64,000 nucleotides of DNA from Gammaproteobacteria bacterium (GTDB taxonomy: Bacteria; Pseudomonadota; Gammaproteobacteria; Legionellales; Legionellaceae), in assembly GCA_022600515.1 (NCBI GenBank), contig JAHZKG010000056.1:12-64011 (forward strand), in the 5' to 3' direction. The translations under genes were made by a program, and so were the position numbers. The notes beneath the pieces are model-generated. The model was not told the DNA's origin. It did no database searches and saw nothing but the letters and a program-made list of their open reading frames with translations. Of the stretch, positions 9,300 through 19,518 are shown in pieces; the stretch's first letter is position 1; each line of letters opens with the position of its first letter.

Positions 9300-10606
9300 G
9301 CAATGATCTGGCTAGGCACGCAAAGTGCTTGTCCTGAAACCAAGAGCTTGTTCGATAATTGATTCAAAAGCTGAATGCCCTCTGCTGCAAGTTCTTGTCG
9401 CGCCGCTGCTTGTGGTGGCATTGCTGTTTTAGTTGAATGAGCAATATGTAAATGCGCATTAGCCATGGCTTCAAGCCGTGTCCCGTGTGGCGGATGATTC
9501 CAGAAATACGTTCTTAGTCCTCCAAAAATAGCGTGTGCTAACTGTGTTTGATGCGTAGCGCTGTTTAGATTTTTTTCTTCTCTTGGATTAGAAATAAACC
9601 CCATTTCAAGCAATACAGATGGAATATCCGGTGATTTCAACACAACGAACCGTGCTTGCTCTACTGCGTGACTATGTACACTCGTCACGCGTTCAAGACG
9701 TTTTAATACCTGTGATCCCATTTGTACACTGGCCGTCGTCGTCGCTGTTTGAGATAAATCAATGAGAACGGTTCGAATTAAGTCGTTCTGATCATCTAAG
9801 CCCGCAAGATTAACACCGCCTAGCTCAGAATAATTTTCTTTTTCTGCAAGCCAACGCGCAGCTTCACTGGTTGCACCCCGTGGAGACAGTGCAAATACCG
9901 AAACACCCTTTGAATGTGGATGAATAAATGCATCGGCATGAATTGAGACAAACACATCAGCATTGTGTTTCCGTGCAATCTCTAGGCGTTCACGTAATCC
10001 AACATAATAATCCCCGTCTCGCGTAAGGACTGCGCGCATACCGGGCTGTGAATCAATTTTTTGTTTGAGTTTTTTTGCTATTGCAAGCACAACTTTTTTT
10101 TCTTTGCTTTTTCGAGCACCAATTGCACCGGGATCCTTTCCTCCATGCCCTGGATCTAAAACAATCACCACGTCTCGCAATGCTTTAGAGGGTTGTGGCA
10201 AAGCTAAAGCAGGTGTATTTTTTGGTTTTGGTTCTACTCGTTTTAGCTCTATTCGTAATTCACGATGATTATTATTGCCAACAGGTACGACACGCACCAC
10301 TTGCATCGGTTGTTTCATATCAAACACCAATCGAAGGGTACTCGCATTAGGATGCCCAAACCGAAGTTTAGAATATATCGCTGATTTTCCGGTTCTCTTT
10401 TCATGTGTTACTGATTGCTTAACCCCTGGCAAATCAAGCACAACACGATAAGGATTTGGCAGTGTAAACGTATGATACCGAAAAGCGCCGGATAGTTTAC
10501 AGCGCACTATTACATGCTGCTTAGACTCATCAACAGTCACTGAAGTCAGGCTTGCTGCATATCCAAATGAAGAAAACAACAACAACAAGCATCCAAGTAT
10601 TTTCAT
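9296..10606 (-). CDS. amiB: N-acetylmuramoyl-L-alanine amidase (AMIN domain plus Amidase_3)
   Basis: Signal peptide, an AMIN-like N-terminus (VRCKLSGAFRYHTFTLPNPYRVVLDLPG), then VIVLDPGHGGKDPGA...SIHADA. Symbol assigned by tsaE-amiB-mutL synteny. Confidence 0.88.
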   Translation of the reverse strand: MKILGCLLLLFSSFGYAASLTSVTVDESKQHVIVRCKLSGAFRYHTFTLPNPYRVVLDLPGVKQSVTHEKRTGKSAIYSKLRFGHPNASTLRLVFDMKQPMQVVRVVPVGNNNHRELRIELKRVEPKPKNTPALALPQPSKALRDVVIVLDPGHGGKDPGAIGARKSKEKKVVLAIAKKLKQKIDSQPGMRAVLTRDGDYYVGLRERLEIARKHNADVFVSIHADAFIHPHSKGVSVFALSPRGATSEAARWLAEKENYSELGGVNLAGLDDQNDLIRTVLIDLSQTATTTASVQMGSQVLKRLERVTSVHSHAVEQARFVVLKSPDIPSVLLEMGFISNPREEKNLNSATHQTQLAHAIFGGLRTYFWNHPPHGTRLEAMANAHLHIAHSTKTAMPPQAAARQELAAEGIQLLNQLSNKLLVSGQALCVPSQIIA

Positions 10607-11070
10607 GCCCTAATCCTCCGAAGAGCATCCAGTAAATGTCTTCCCGGCGCACGCAAAGCCGAGACTGAAAGACGACGTCCATCACCATTCATCTCAAGAG
10701 AAAATACCACATCGAGATATGGTTTTAAACTCGGTGCACGTTCAGCCCACTCAATACAACACACCGCATCGGGTGAAAAGTAATCTCGAAAGCCAAACGC
10801 ATCAAGCGTTAAATCATCTGAGAGACGGTATAAATCAAAGTGATGTATTACATAATTTTGAAGCGTATAACTTTCAACCCACGAAAAGGTTGGGCTTTTT
10901 ATTAAGCCTTTAATGCCCTGTGCGCGTAACATGGCACGGATTAGCGTTGTTTTACCCGTGCCTAAATCACCCTGAAAGCTGAGTGTAAGTGGTGCCACCA
11001 AACAATTTGACACAGCAGATGCAAGGTCGTTCGTTGCTTGTTCATCTGCCAAGTCAAAGCAGATTGTCAT
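10603..11070 (-). CDS. tsaE: tRNA t6A biosynthesis ATPase TsaE (YjeE)
   Basis: 155 aa with GDLGTGKTTLIRAM followed by SPTFSWVESY...HFDLYRL. Confidence 0.9.
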   Translation of the reverse strand: MTICFDLADEQATNDLASAVSNCLVAPLTLSFQGDLGTGKTTLIRAMLRAQGIKGLIKSPTFSWVESYTLQNYVIHHFDLYRLSDDLTLDAFGFRDYFSPDAVCCIEWAERAPSLKPYLDVVFSLEMNGDGRRLSVSALRAPGRHLLDALRRIRA

Positions 11071-11071
11071 G

Positions 11072-11482
11072 TTATTTAACTAACCGCAATGCTGGTTTAC
11101 GTCCTGTACTGCTTTGCGTGCCTCCTGGGTCAGTTGATGGCGGTAAATCACCATCATCTTCATTGAATTCCATACCACGCCCATTTTCTTTTGCGTAGAC
11201 AGCCAATACTGCAGCCGGACTCAATGCTAATTGAACTGTACGACCAGAAAATCGGGTGGTTAATACAATCCTATCATTATCAAGATGCAATCCTCGACAA
11301 GAATCAGGTGAAACATTCAAAATAACACGACCTGCAGTCACATATTCTTGTGGGATTTCAACCCCAGGACAGTCTGCATTGACTAATAGATAAGGCGTTA
11401 ATGCATTATCTACAATCCAATCATAAATCGATCGAATTAAGTACGGCCGACTCGAAGTCATTGTTGTTGTTTTTGTTGTCAT
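11072..11482 (-). CDS. sspB: Stringent starvation protein B (ClpXP adaptor)
   Basis: N-terminus RPYLIRSIYDWIVDNALTPYLLV resembles E. coli SspB. It follows sspA by 2 nt. Confidence 0.85.
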   Translation of the reverse strand: MTTKTTTMTSSRPYLIRSIYDWIVDNALTPYLLVNADCPGVEIPQEYVTAGRVILNVSPDSCRGLHLDNDRIVLTTRFSGRTVQLALSPAAVLAVYAKENGRGMEFNEDDGDLPPSTDPGGTQSSTGRKPALRLVK

Positions 11483-11484
11483 GA

Positions 11485-12105
11485 CTAAGCTATCCTTAAC
11501 TGCCGCTCAGCATCCGTTAAACTGCTTTGAAACGCTTCGCGGTCAAACAAACGCTGCATATACGCTTGTAGTGAAATCGCATCTTCTGGCAACGTAACGC
11601 CAAGTACTGGTAAACGCCATAAAAGCGGAGCAAGTGCACAATCAAGCAGTGAGTGCTCCTCACTCAAGAAGAAAGGCTTATCTGCAAAAACAGGCTCTAA
11701 ACTAACCAAGCTATCAATTAATTGCTGACGCGAAGCATCTGTTGCTTCACCGTTTTCCACTTCATGTAATAGAACATACCAATCTTGCTCTATACGATGC
11801 ATCATTTTCCGCGTTTCTGCACGCGCAACTGGGTAAACAGGCAGCAAAGGGGGATGGGGAAACCGTTCGTCCAAGTATTCCATGATAATCCGCGCCTCAT
11901 AAAGCACGAGCTCTCTATCAATTAACGTTGGGACCGTTCCATAGGGATTTACTGTTAATAAATCATCAGGTAAGACATTTTTTTTAACTGAAATAATATC
12001 GACATTAACGCCTTTTTCAGCTAAAACAATACGAACCTGATGACTATAAACATCGTCAGCATCAGAATATAACGACATGACGGTGCGCTTTGCAATAATA
12101 GCCAT
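11485..12105 (-). CDS. sspA: Stringent starvation protein A (GST-fold)
   Basis: MAIIAKRTVMSLYSDADDVYSHQVRIVLAEKGV is close to E. coli SspA. Start placed at ATG 12105, preceded by GAGGAGTGAGG. The track's 12111 GTG is 2 codons upstream. Confidence 0.9.
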   Translation of the reverse strand: MAIIAKRTVMSLYSDADDVYSHQVRIVLAEKGVNVDIISVKKNVLPDDLLTVNPYGTVPTLIDRELVLYEARIIMEYLDERFPHPPLLPVYPVARAETRKMMHRIEQDWYVLLHEVENGEATDASRQQLIDSLVSLEPVFADKPFFLSEEHSLLDCALAPLLWRLPVLGVTLPEDAISLQAYMQRLFDREAFQSSLTDAERQLRIA

Positions 12106-12143
12106 CCTCACTCCTCAGTAATATACAACATCAGGGAGGCTTA

Positions 12144-12175
12144 TTTTACCACAATTGTTCAACAAAGTGGTAAAA
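12144..12175 (-). terminator. AT-rich stem-loop between rpsI and sspA (possible weak terminator/attenuator)
   Basis: TTTTACCAC (12144-12152) is a perfect inverted repeat of GTGGTAAAA (12167-12175), with a 14-nt loop. There is no strong U-tract. Confidence 0.3.
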
Positions 12176-12180
12176 ACAAA

Positions 12181-12612
12181 TTATCGCTTAGAGAACTGTG
12201 TTGCACGACGCGCTTTTCTAAGACCAACTTTCTTCCGCTCAACTTTACGTGAGTCACGCGTCAGTAGGCCTCTGGTTCTTAATTTACGTCGATAAGAATC
12301 AGGATGAAGCCCTGCACCTTCTGCAGCACCTTCTTCATCATAAGCAACTAAAGCACGAGCAATACCTAAACGAACGGCACCTGCTTGTCCTGAAATACCA
12401 CCGCCTTTAACTGTTGCATAAATATCAAATTTTCCAAGCACTTCAACTGTTTCAAGTGGTTGTCTCACTAACATGCAGGCTGTTTCACGACCAAAGTACT
12501 CGTCTAACGAACGCTTATTGACCACGATGTTGCCTTTGCCTGGCCGCATGAAAACGCGAGCTGTTGAGCTCTTACGACGACCAGTCCCATAATGCTGTGC
12601 TAATTCAGCCAT
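12181..12612 (-). CDS. rpsI: 30S ribosomal protein S9
   Basis: [24 protein letters not shown] and a C-terminal [22 protein letters not shown]. It is 143 aa, about 12 aa longer than the enterobacterial protein (see findings). Confidence 0.95.
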   Translation of the reverse strand: MAELAQHYGTGRRKSSTARVFMRPGKGNIVVNKRSLDEYFGRETACMLVRQPLETVEVLGKFDIYATVKGGGISGQAGAVRLGIARALVAYDEEGAAEGAGLHPDSYRRKLRTRGLLTRDSRKVERKKVGLRKARRATQFSKR

Positions 12613-12617
12613 AATAC

Positions 12618-13052
12618 CTATTCCTCAATCACAAGTTCTTTGGGTTGCTGTGCTTCATGGGGATGTTCAACACCCGCATATACTTTAAGCTTACGATACA
12701 TGTCACGACCTAATGAATTTTTAGGTAACATGCCTTTCACAGCCAGTTCAATAATTCGCGCTGGATTTTTTGCTTGCAACTTGTCAAAAGAAATTGTCTT
12801 TAAGCCACCAGGAAATCCTGAATGCGAATAATAAGTTTTGTCTTTTAACTTATTCCCTGTTACACGTATTTTTTCTGCATTGGTTACAACAATGTAATCT
12901 CCGGTATCCACGTGTGGGGTATACTCAGCTTTATGTTTTCCACGTAAACGACGCGCAATTTCGGTCGCAAGACGACCCAATATTTTGTCACTTGCATCAA
13001 CGATATACCAATCACGATGAATATCAGTGGCTTTGGCACTAAAGGTTTTCAT
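12618..13052 (-). CDS. rplM: 50S ribosomal protein L13
   Basis: [41 protein letters not shown], with a GGAGTGA SD. Confidence 0.97.
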   Translation of the reverse strand: MKTFSAKATDIHRDWYIVDASDKILGRLATEIARRLRGKHKAEYTPHVDTGDYIVVTNAEKIRVTGNKLKDKTYYSHSGFPGGLKTISFDKLQAKNPARIIELAVKGMLPKNSLGRDMYRKLKVYAGVEHPHEAQQPKELVIEE

Positions 13053-13483
13053 GTATTCACTCCGTACGCCTAGTGTTCGATAACTTGATTTTCTAATAAT
13101 CTGGACGGGCGATTCTAACTAAATCCAGAGCAACTCACAAGAGGTTTTAAAAATAATTTTTAGATATATGTTTATCTGAGTCTAAATTTAGGTCATCCAA
13201 CTGATTCGTTTTGCGCTTTATTACCGCGCTTGTATCTCTATTTATATACGCTTAGAAATATCAAGCCATAATTGAAAATCAAACCGTTCGCGAAACTTTT
13301 ATGCCCCTGGTAGTCAACCCCAAAAAAATATGTTAGCATGCTCTAAATAAAGCAATTCATCTAAATGTAAACCAAAGAAATCGCCTTTACTGTGTTGCTT
13401 CTCGTGACATAATTCTGGATACCCATTTGCATTAGCCAAAACTAAACAACATTTTAATTAATCAACAACGCCAAGCGAGACCT

Positions 13484-14752
13484 ATGAATCTGAGTGAACT
13501 AAAGCGATTACCTATTGCTGAACTGGTAAACATCGCACAAGAAGCAAAAATCGACAACACCTCCCGGATGCGCAAACAAGACATCATTTTTTCTATTTTA
13601 AAATCGCACGCAGCGAAAGGTGCTGATATTTATGGTAACGGTGTTGTTGAAATTTTACCCGAAGGCGGCTTTGGCTTCTTACGCTCGGCAGATGGCTCTT
13701 ATTTAGCCGGCCCTGACGATATTTACGTCTCACCGAGCCAAATCAGGCGTTTTGGTTTGCGTACCGGAGATACAATTTCCGGTAAAATTCGCCCACCTAA
13801 AGACAACGAACGTTATTTCGCTCTACTCAAAGTCGACAAAATTAACTATGACACACCTGATAACGCAAAACGTAAAATTCTTTTTGAAAACTTAACCCCA
13901 CTGTTTGCCTCCGAACGCCTCGTCATGGAGCAAGGTAACGGCAGCACTGAAGACCTAACCGCACGTGTCATCGATCTTGCATCCCCCTTTGGATTGGGAC
14001 AGCGAGGATTAATTGTAGCGCCGCCTAAAGCCGGTAAAACCATCATGCTACAAAACATTGCCCATTCTATTGCAAAAAATTATCCTGACTGCCACCTTAT
14101 CGTATTACTCATTGACGAACGCCCAGAAGAAGTAACCGAAATGAAGCGCTCTGTTAAAGGCGAAGTCGTTGCCAGCACCTTTGATGAGCCAGCTACACGC
14201 CACGTTCAAGTGGCCGAAATGGTGATCGAAAAAGCCAAACGCTTAGTCGAGCACAAAAAAGATGTGGTTATTTTACTTGATTCATTAACACGTCTTGCGC
14301 GCGCCTATAACACCGTTGTTCCTTCTTCAGGAAAAGTCTTGACCGGTGGTGTAGATGCCAATGCGCTGCAACGCCCAAAACGTTTATATGGGGCCGCACG
14401 AAATATTGAAGAGGGCGGTAGCCTCACCATTCTTGCGACTGCTATGGTTGAAACTGGATCCAGAATGGATGAAGTCATCTATGAGGAATTCAAAGGAACC
14501 GGTAATATGGAAATCCACCTGAGCCGGACCATTTCTGAACGACGCACGTTTCCCGCGATTAATATTAATCGCTCAGGTACACGTCGTGAAGACTTGTTGC
14601 TTTCGCCTGAAGAGCTCCAGCGCATGTGGATTTTACGTAAAATCCTACAGCCTATGGATGAATCAGATGCCATCGAATTCTTACTTGAGCGCATGAAAAG
14701 CCATAAAACAAATGCTGAGTTTTTTGGTGCCATGAAACGTCAAGAAAAATAA
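13484..14752 (+). CDS. rho: Transcription termination factor Rho
   Basis: [15 protein letters not shown]..., an RNA-binding OB domain, Walker A APPKAGKT, and [22 protein letters not shown]. Confidence 0.97.
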   Translation: MNLSELKRLPIAELVNIAQEAKIDNTSRMRKQDIIFSILKSHAAKGADIYGNGVVEILPEGGFGFLRSADGSYLAGPDDIYVSPSQIRRFGLRTGDTISGKIRPPKDNERYFALLKVDKINYDTPDNAKRKILFENLTPLFASERLVMEQGNGSTEDLTARVIDLASPFGLGQRGLIVAPPKAGKTIMLQNIAHSIAKNYPDCHLIVLLIDERPEEVTEMKRSVKGEVVASTFDEPATRHVQVAEMVIEKAKRLVEHKKDVVILLDSLTRLARAYNTVVPSSGKVLTGGVDANALQRPKRLYGAARNIEEGGSLTILATAMVETGSRMDEVIYEEFKGTGNMEIHLSRTISERRTFPAININRSGTRREDLLLSPEELQRMWILRKILQPMDESDAIEFLLERMKSHKTNAEFFGAMKRQEK

Positions 14753-14780
14753 GCCATCATCAAAAAATCAGGATATATCC

Positions 14781-16280
14781 ATGAAATATGGGGACTTGCG
14801 TGAATTTATAGCGCATTTAGAATCACGCAAGTTACTGACTCGTATTAGTTATCCCGTATCACCTCATCTTGAAATGACGGCCGTCAGTGATAAAGTGTTA
14901 CGCCAAAGTGGCCCTGCCTTACTGTTTACGCACCCGAAAAACCACAGCATTCCTGTTCTCACAAATTTATTTGGAACTGTTGAGCGGGTCGCACTGGCAA
15001 TGGGGCAAGACAATATCAAGGCTCTTCGAGACATTGGCCATCTGCTCGCGGCCTTAAAAGAGCCTGAGCCACCGAAAAGCTTTAAAAGCGCATTTCAGCA
15101 AATTCCTTTATTAAAGCATGCACTAAACATGGCACCTAAAACCACTGAACGCGCTGCCTGCCAAACACATGTGCTTGAAAAAGACCAGGTTGATTTAACC
15201 AAGCTTCCGATTCAAACCTGCTGGCCTGAAGACGTGGCGCCATTGATTACTTGGGGGCTTGTGACCACCAAAGGTCCACATCAATCCCGTGAAAACATCG
15301 GCATTTATCGCCAACAAGTCTTAAATAAAAATCAACTGATAATGCGTTGGCTCGCGCACCGCGGAGGCGCTCTTGACTATTTAGCGTTTCAAAAAGAATA
15401 TCCTGGTGAACGTTTTCCGATTGCGGTGACTCTTGGGACCGATCCGGCCACTTTACTTGCGGCTGTCACCCCTGTGCCAGATAGCTTATCAGAATATGCC
15501 TTTGCAGGACTTTTACGGGGAAAACGCACACACTTAACCCGCTGCATAGGACATGATTTGCATGTCCCGGCCAATGCAGAATTTGTGCTCGAAGGCTATC
15601 TCGAGCCAGGCCTTGAAGCGCCTGAAGGCCCCTTTGGCGATCACACCGGTTACTATAACGAAGTCGAAATGTTTCCTGTCTTAACGGTTGAGCGCATTAC
15701 ACACAGGCCTAACCCAATTTATCACAGCACCTATACCGGCCGGCCACCTGATGAGCCTGCTATTTTAGGGCTTGCTCTTAATGAAGTGTTTATTCCACTG
15801 TTACAAAAGCAATTTCCTGAAATCACTGATTTTTATTTACCTCCTGAAGGCTGCTCATATCGTTTAGCCGTCGTTACGATAAAAAAACAATACCCAGGTC
15901 ACGCCAAACGCGTCATGATGGCCGCATGGTCTTTTTTAAAGCAATTCATGTATACTAAATTTGTTATTGTTTGTGATGATGATATTAATGCTCGTAACTG
16001 GCAAGATGTGATTTGGGCGATGACCACCCGCATGGATCCCGTCCGTGATACGGTCATGATGGAAAACACCCCAATGGATTATCTTGACTTTGCTTCTCCT
16101 GTCTCAGGGCTGGGCTCAAAAATAGGCATGGACGCAACCAATAAATGGCCCGGCGAAACCACCCGGCCCTGGGGAAAACCCATGGCGATGGACCCTGATA
16201 TTTTAGAAAAAATCAATAATTACTGGCCTGAACTAGGATTAGCATCAGAGCCCGAACCAGGGCTTGACTCATGCCGATAG
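14781..16280 (+). CDS. ubiD: 4-hydroxy-3-polyprenylbenzoate decarboxylase (UbiD)
   Basis: [15 protein letters not shown]...[15 protein letters not shown] closely parallels E. coli UbiD. 499 aa. Confidence 0.94.
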   Translation: MKYGDLREFIAHLESRKLLTRISYPVSPHLEMTAVSDKVLRQSGPALLFTHPKNHSIPVLTNLFGTVERVALAMGQDNIKALRDIGHLLAALKEPEPPKSFKSAFQQIPLLKHALNMAPKTTERAACQTHVLEKDQVDLTKLPIQTCWPEDVAPLITWGLVTTKGPHQSRENIGIYRQQVLNKNQLIMRWLAHRGGALDYLAFQKEYPGERFPIAVTLGTDPATLLAAVTPVPDSLSEYAFAGLLRGKRTHLTRCIGHDLHVPANAEFVLEGYLEPGLEAPEGPFGDHTGYYNEVEMFPVLTVERITHRPNPIYHSTYTGRPPDEPAILGLALNEVFIPLLQKQFPEITDFYLPPEGCSYRLAVVTIKKQYPGHAKRVMMAAWSFLKQFMYTKFVIVCDDDINARNWQDVIWAMTTRMDPVRDTVMMENTPMDYLDFASPVSGLGSKIGMDATNKWPGETTRPWGKPMAMDPDILEKINNYWPELGLASEPEPGLDSCR

Positions 16281-16960
16281 CAATCACTCCCGCACAAGTG
16301 ACTCAAGTCACACCGCTCACCAATCGTTTACTGCATGTGACCCTCACACCTGAGCAATATATTCATTATGATGCAGGCCAATATTTAGAAATTGTTTCCC
16401 CTAATCCCGATGAAACCTTATATTATTCGATTGCGAATGCGCCTCTTGGCTCACAAACCTATGAATTACATATTAGCCATCAGCCCAATCATATTGAACA
16501 GCAAAACGTGCTAGATGCCATTACAAAACAAGGTCGCGTTATCTTAAATCTTCCCTTTGGTCACTGTACCCTACATGCATTAAACTCAAACAAGCCTATT
16601 TTGTTTATCGCCGGCGGTACCGGTTTCGCTCCAATTAAAGCCATGATTGAGCAATTACTCACAGAAGGGAACACACAGCCATTCACGCTTTTTTGGAGTG
16701 CACGAACGGCAGAAGACCTCTATTTAGATGACAAAGTATTGGCCTGGGAAAAGCATGTTCCCCACTTCACTTATACCCCACACATTACATACCAAAACCA
16801 AACCCTACTGATTGAGAAAATTACTGAACAATATCAAGCCAAGCTCAATCATTATCAAGTGATTTTAGCGGGCCCTTTTGATTTTGTTCATACACTTCGT
16901 GATGGCTTAATCAAACATGGCGTACCGCGTGAGCAGTTATTTTCTGACGCCTTTAATTAA
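16271..16960 (+). CDS. fre: NAD(P)H-flavin reductase (Fre-like, FNR family)
   Basis: FAD-binding motif LYYSIAN (RxYS-type) and NAD-binding [15 protein letters not shown]. It overlaps the ubiD end by 10 nt. The ubiD-fre order is the same as in E. coli. Confidence 0.7.
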   Translation: MPIAITPAQVTQVTPLTNRLLHVTLTPEQYIHYDAGQYLEIVSPNPDETLYYSIANAPLGSQTYELHISHQPNHIEQQNVLDAITKQGRVILNLPFGHCTLHALNSNKPILFIAGGTGFAPIKAMIEQLLTEGNTQPFTLFWSARTAEDLYLDDKVLAWEKHVPHFTYTPHITYQNQTLLIEKITEQYQAKLNHYQVILAGPFDFVHTLRDGLIKHGVPREQLFSDAFN

Positions 16961-16983
16961 ATACACGCATCTGGAGAAAAAGC

Positions 16984-17175
16984 ATGAATACTTTTTATCA
17001 GTTACTTGCCTTAGTTGGCGCAGGCTTAATTGCTTGGTTTATTTACCGCGCCATAAAAGGCAATCCTCAGCAATTTAGTCGCGAAAATCTCAGCAAAAGC
17101 TTTTCTAGCATGGGCATATTAGCCTTAGTACTGATTGTTTTTGTTGCGTTTTTAGTGTTGATTACTCGGCAATAG
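16984..17175 (+). CDS. Small two-TM membrane protein, unknown function
   Basis: 63 aa with two hydrophobic helices separated by KGNPQQFSRENLSKS. A GGAG SD lies 8-11 nt upstream. Confidence 0.45.
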   Translation: MNTFYQLLALVGAGLIAWFIYRAIKGNPQQFSRENLSKSFSSMGILALVLIVFVAFLVLITRQ

Positions 17176-17248
17176 CGCTGCGCAGCCATTCTTTCTTCAG
17201 CTTTTCCTGTAAATTGAACACGTTGGAATATAATATGGGGCATAAGCA

Positions 17249-18223
17249 TTAATTATGCTGCATCTCTTTCAGAAAATTAATCACTATATCAGGCCTATCT
17301 GTAATCACACCATCAACCGGCATGGCAATTAATCTTTCAATCAACTTCATGTTTATTTCCTGGCCTGTTCGCTCAGGATAGCTCCAAACAGCCACTTTTA
17401 AGCCAAGCTGATGTGCCTGATTTAATTGCTCTACAGCCAGTTCAATATCTTCAACATCCCACCATGTCCCCCCTAATGCTTTAATCATTTGGGGAATAGA
17501 GTCATAATAATCTTTTAATAAATAACCACCGGTCCACTGCCCAGCAACCGCTGAACTTATGTGACGCAGGATTTTTTCATGATCTATATCGGTAAGGTAA
17601 GCGGTTTCTATTTCTGGATTTAGTTGCTGTAAGAGAAATAAAGCACGCCAGTCATACGCTTGCACTTTTGTACGAGCACTAACCCCTTCTTCTCTAATCA
17701 CGGCGTCAAGTGCTATCGCCATCACGTCTGGCGCGGCACTCAAGTGTGGCAACGTCGGATCAGTTTTTATCTCAATTTGAAAGCCTACAGAATAGTCTGC
17801 CGTTGCTTTCATCTCACGAATAACTGCTCTCAGCGTTGGAATATGGGTGCCATCAACTGGCTTTTGGTGTTTATATATCGCGGCATGCGGTGTGTCCGCA
17901 TGCATACGACCGACATCATATGTTTGTAATTCGGCAAGCGTAAGCGTTTTAATCACATGCTCCCCCTCAACCCAACCGAGGCTCGCATCACGTGTGATAT
18001 CAGTATTTAACGTTAGATCATGATGCGCAACTAAAACACCATCGCTTGTCATCACAACATCTAAGTCAATATAATCTACATGCTGCTTTAATGCCTCGTG
18101 AAACGCAGGCAGTGTATTTTCAGGTGCTAGACCTCGCGCACCTCGGTGTCCATACACGGTAAGGCTTTCTGCAGGAAAACAAATAAATAAAAAAATACTG
18201 GATGCTATTATTTGGCGGAGCAC
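17249..18223 (-). CDS. Secreted glycerophosphodiester phosphodiesterase (GlpQ/UgpQ family)
   Basis: YGHRGARGLAPENTLPAF...DLDVVMTSDGVLVAHHD. The track start (18304) overlaps the upstream ABC gene by 80 nt. A GTG at 18223, 2 nt after that gene's TAA, gives a plausible signal peptide (LRQIIASSIFLFICFPAES). The start is therefore uncertain. Confidence 0.78.
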   Translation of the reverse strand: MLRQIIASSIFLFICFPAESLTVYGHRGARGLAPENTLPAFHEALKQHVDYIDLDVVMTSDGVLVAHHDLTLNTDITRDASLGWVEGEHVIKTLTLAELQTYDVGRMHADTPHAAIYKHQKPVDGTHIPTLRAVIREMKATADYSVGFQIEIKTDPTLPHLSAAPDVMAIALDAVIREEGVSARTKVQAYDWRALFLLQQLNPEIETAYLTDIDHEKILRHISSAVAGQWTGGYLLKDYYDSIPQMIKALGGTWWDVEDIELAVEQLNQAHQLGLKVAVWSYPERTGQEINMKLIERLIAMPVDGVITDRPDIVINFLKEMQHN

Positions 18224-18224
18224 A

Positions 18225-19517
18225 TTAAGGTCCTGGATTTTCAAGGCTGAGCATGCCCGAATTAAAATCATAAGCAAAAAGCTCCGCGTAACGCGCCCAG
18301 TCAATCATTGTCCGCAGCACCCTATCGGCTTCTTTATCACTGAAATAATCTTCAAGCTCTGTCAGAAAGCGCTCTTCCGAGACCCGATGATTCGGCTTAT
18401 TATCTAATACATAACGAATATGACGTGCAAGCGGGATGGTTTTAAGTAACTGCTCTGCAAACAAATGTTTTCGTTCTTGTAAATCAGCCTCTGAAAACTG
18501 TTTTCCGAGGGGGGTCAAATGAATATCACCCGCTGCAATTTGCGCAAAACCTAGCACCTCAAGCGTCTCTAAAATAGGAAATAAATCATCTACATGCATT
18601 GTGATTTCATCTGCAAGTTCAGGTAAATCAACCTTTGCCTCAAAGGCTTTCATGGTCTCGATTAAACCGGATAACTCCGACGGCTCAACTTGTGGTAGGC
18701 GATATGCTAATCCAATTTGACGCTCACGTGCTGCAGGTTTTACTTTGTCATCAATACCTGTTGTCATAATCATATAGATTCTATCAACAAAAGCACGACA
18801 CTCAGAGTGCTCTAGATCGCGAGACGGTAACGTATTGAGCTGCAAGTCTGCTCGTATAAAACCAGGGTCACTACCTAAAATAATAATTCTATCCGCAAGT
18901 GTCACCGCTTCTTCAATATTATGTGTTACCAATAGCATTGCATTGGTATTGGTTTTATTACCTCGCCAAAGCGCTAATAAATCTGATTTTAAGTTTTCCG
19001 CAGTTAATACGTCTAGTGCTGAAAAAGGCTCATCCATCAATAGCACATCCGGATTCACCACCAAGGCACGTGCAAATCCAACACGCTGACACATACCGCC
19101 TGATAATTCACGCGGATAAGCAGATTCAAAGCCATCTAAGCCAATAATATCAATCGCTTCAATTGCGCGTTTTCGACGAATTTCTCGCTTAACTCCAGCA
19201 GCTTCAAGACCAAGTTCAACATTTTCAAGTACTGTAAGCCAAGGCATCAAAGCAAATGATTGAAATACCATGGCAACCCCTGAAACAGGCCCCCGAATCC
19301 AATCTTGTCGATAACGCACTCGCCCTTCTGTCGGCGAAATCAAACCAGCCATAATACGCAATAAAGTTGACTTGCCTGAGCCTGATTTGCCTAAAAGAGC
19401 AACAATCTCGCCTTTTTTAAGTGCAAAACTAATGTCTTCAAGCACTAATAATTCTTGGCCTGCTGATTTTCGATACGCTTTATGGACATGATCGAGTGAA
19501 ATAATTGTCTCTGACAT
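18225..19517 (-). CDS. ABC transporter ATP-binding protein (NitT/TauT-like) with a roughly 170-aa C-terminal extra domain
   Basis: Walker A GKSGSGKST, signature LSGGMCQRV and Walker B LLMDEPFSALD. Residues from about 260 to 430 form an additional non-ABC domain. Confidence 0.9.
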   Translation of the reverse strand: MSETIISLDHVHKAYRKSAGQELLVLEDISFALKKGEIVALLGKSGSGKSTLLRIMAGLISPTEGRVRYRQDWIRGPVSGVAMVFQSFALMPWLTVLENVELGLEAAGVKREIRRKRAIEAIDIIGLDGFESAYPRELSGGMCQRVGFARALVVNPDVLLMDEPFSALDVLTAENLKSDLLALWRGNKTNTNAMLLVTHNIEEAVTLADRIIILGSDPGFIRADLQLNTLPSRDLEHSECRAFVDRIYMIMTTGIDDKVKPAARERQIGLAYRLPQVEPSELSGLIETMKAFEAKVDLPELADEITMHVDDLFPILETLEVLGFAQIAAGDIHLTPLGKQFSEADLQERKHLFAEQLLKTIPLARHIRYVLDNKPNHRVSEERFLTELEDYFSDKEADRVLRTMIDWARYAELFAYDFNSGMLSLENPGP

Positions 19518-19518
19518 A

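Noticed and set aside
13053-13483. RsmY/RsmZ-like sRNA with a LetA box. TTAGAAATATCAAG at about 13252 resembles TNAGAAATTTCTNA.
   Set aside because: There are three mismatches to the palindromic consensus, and no downstream cluster of GGA-loop hairpins that I could see.
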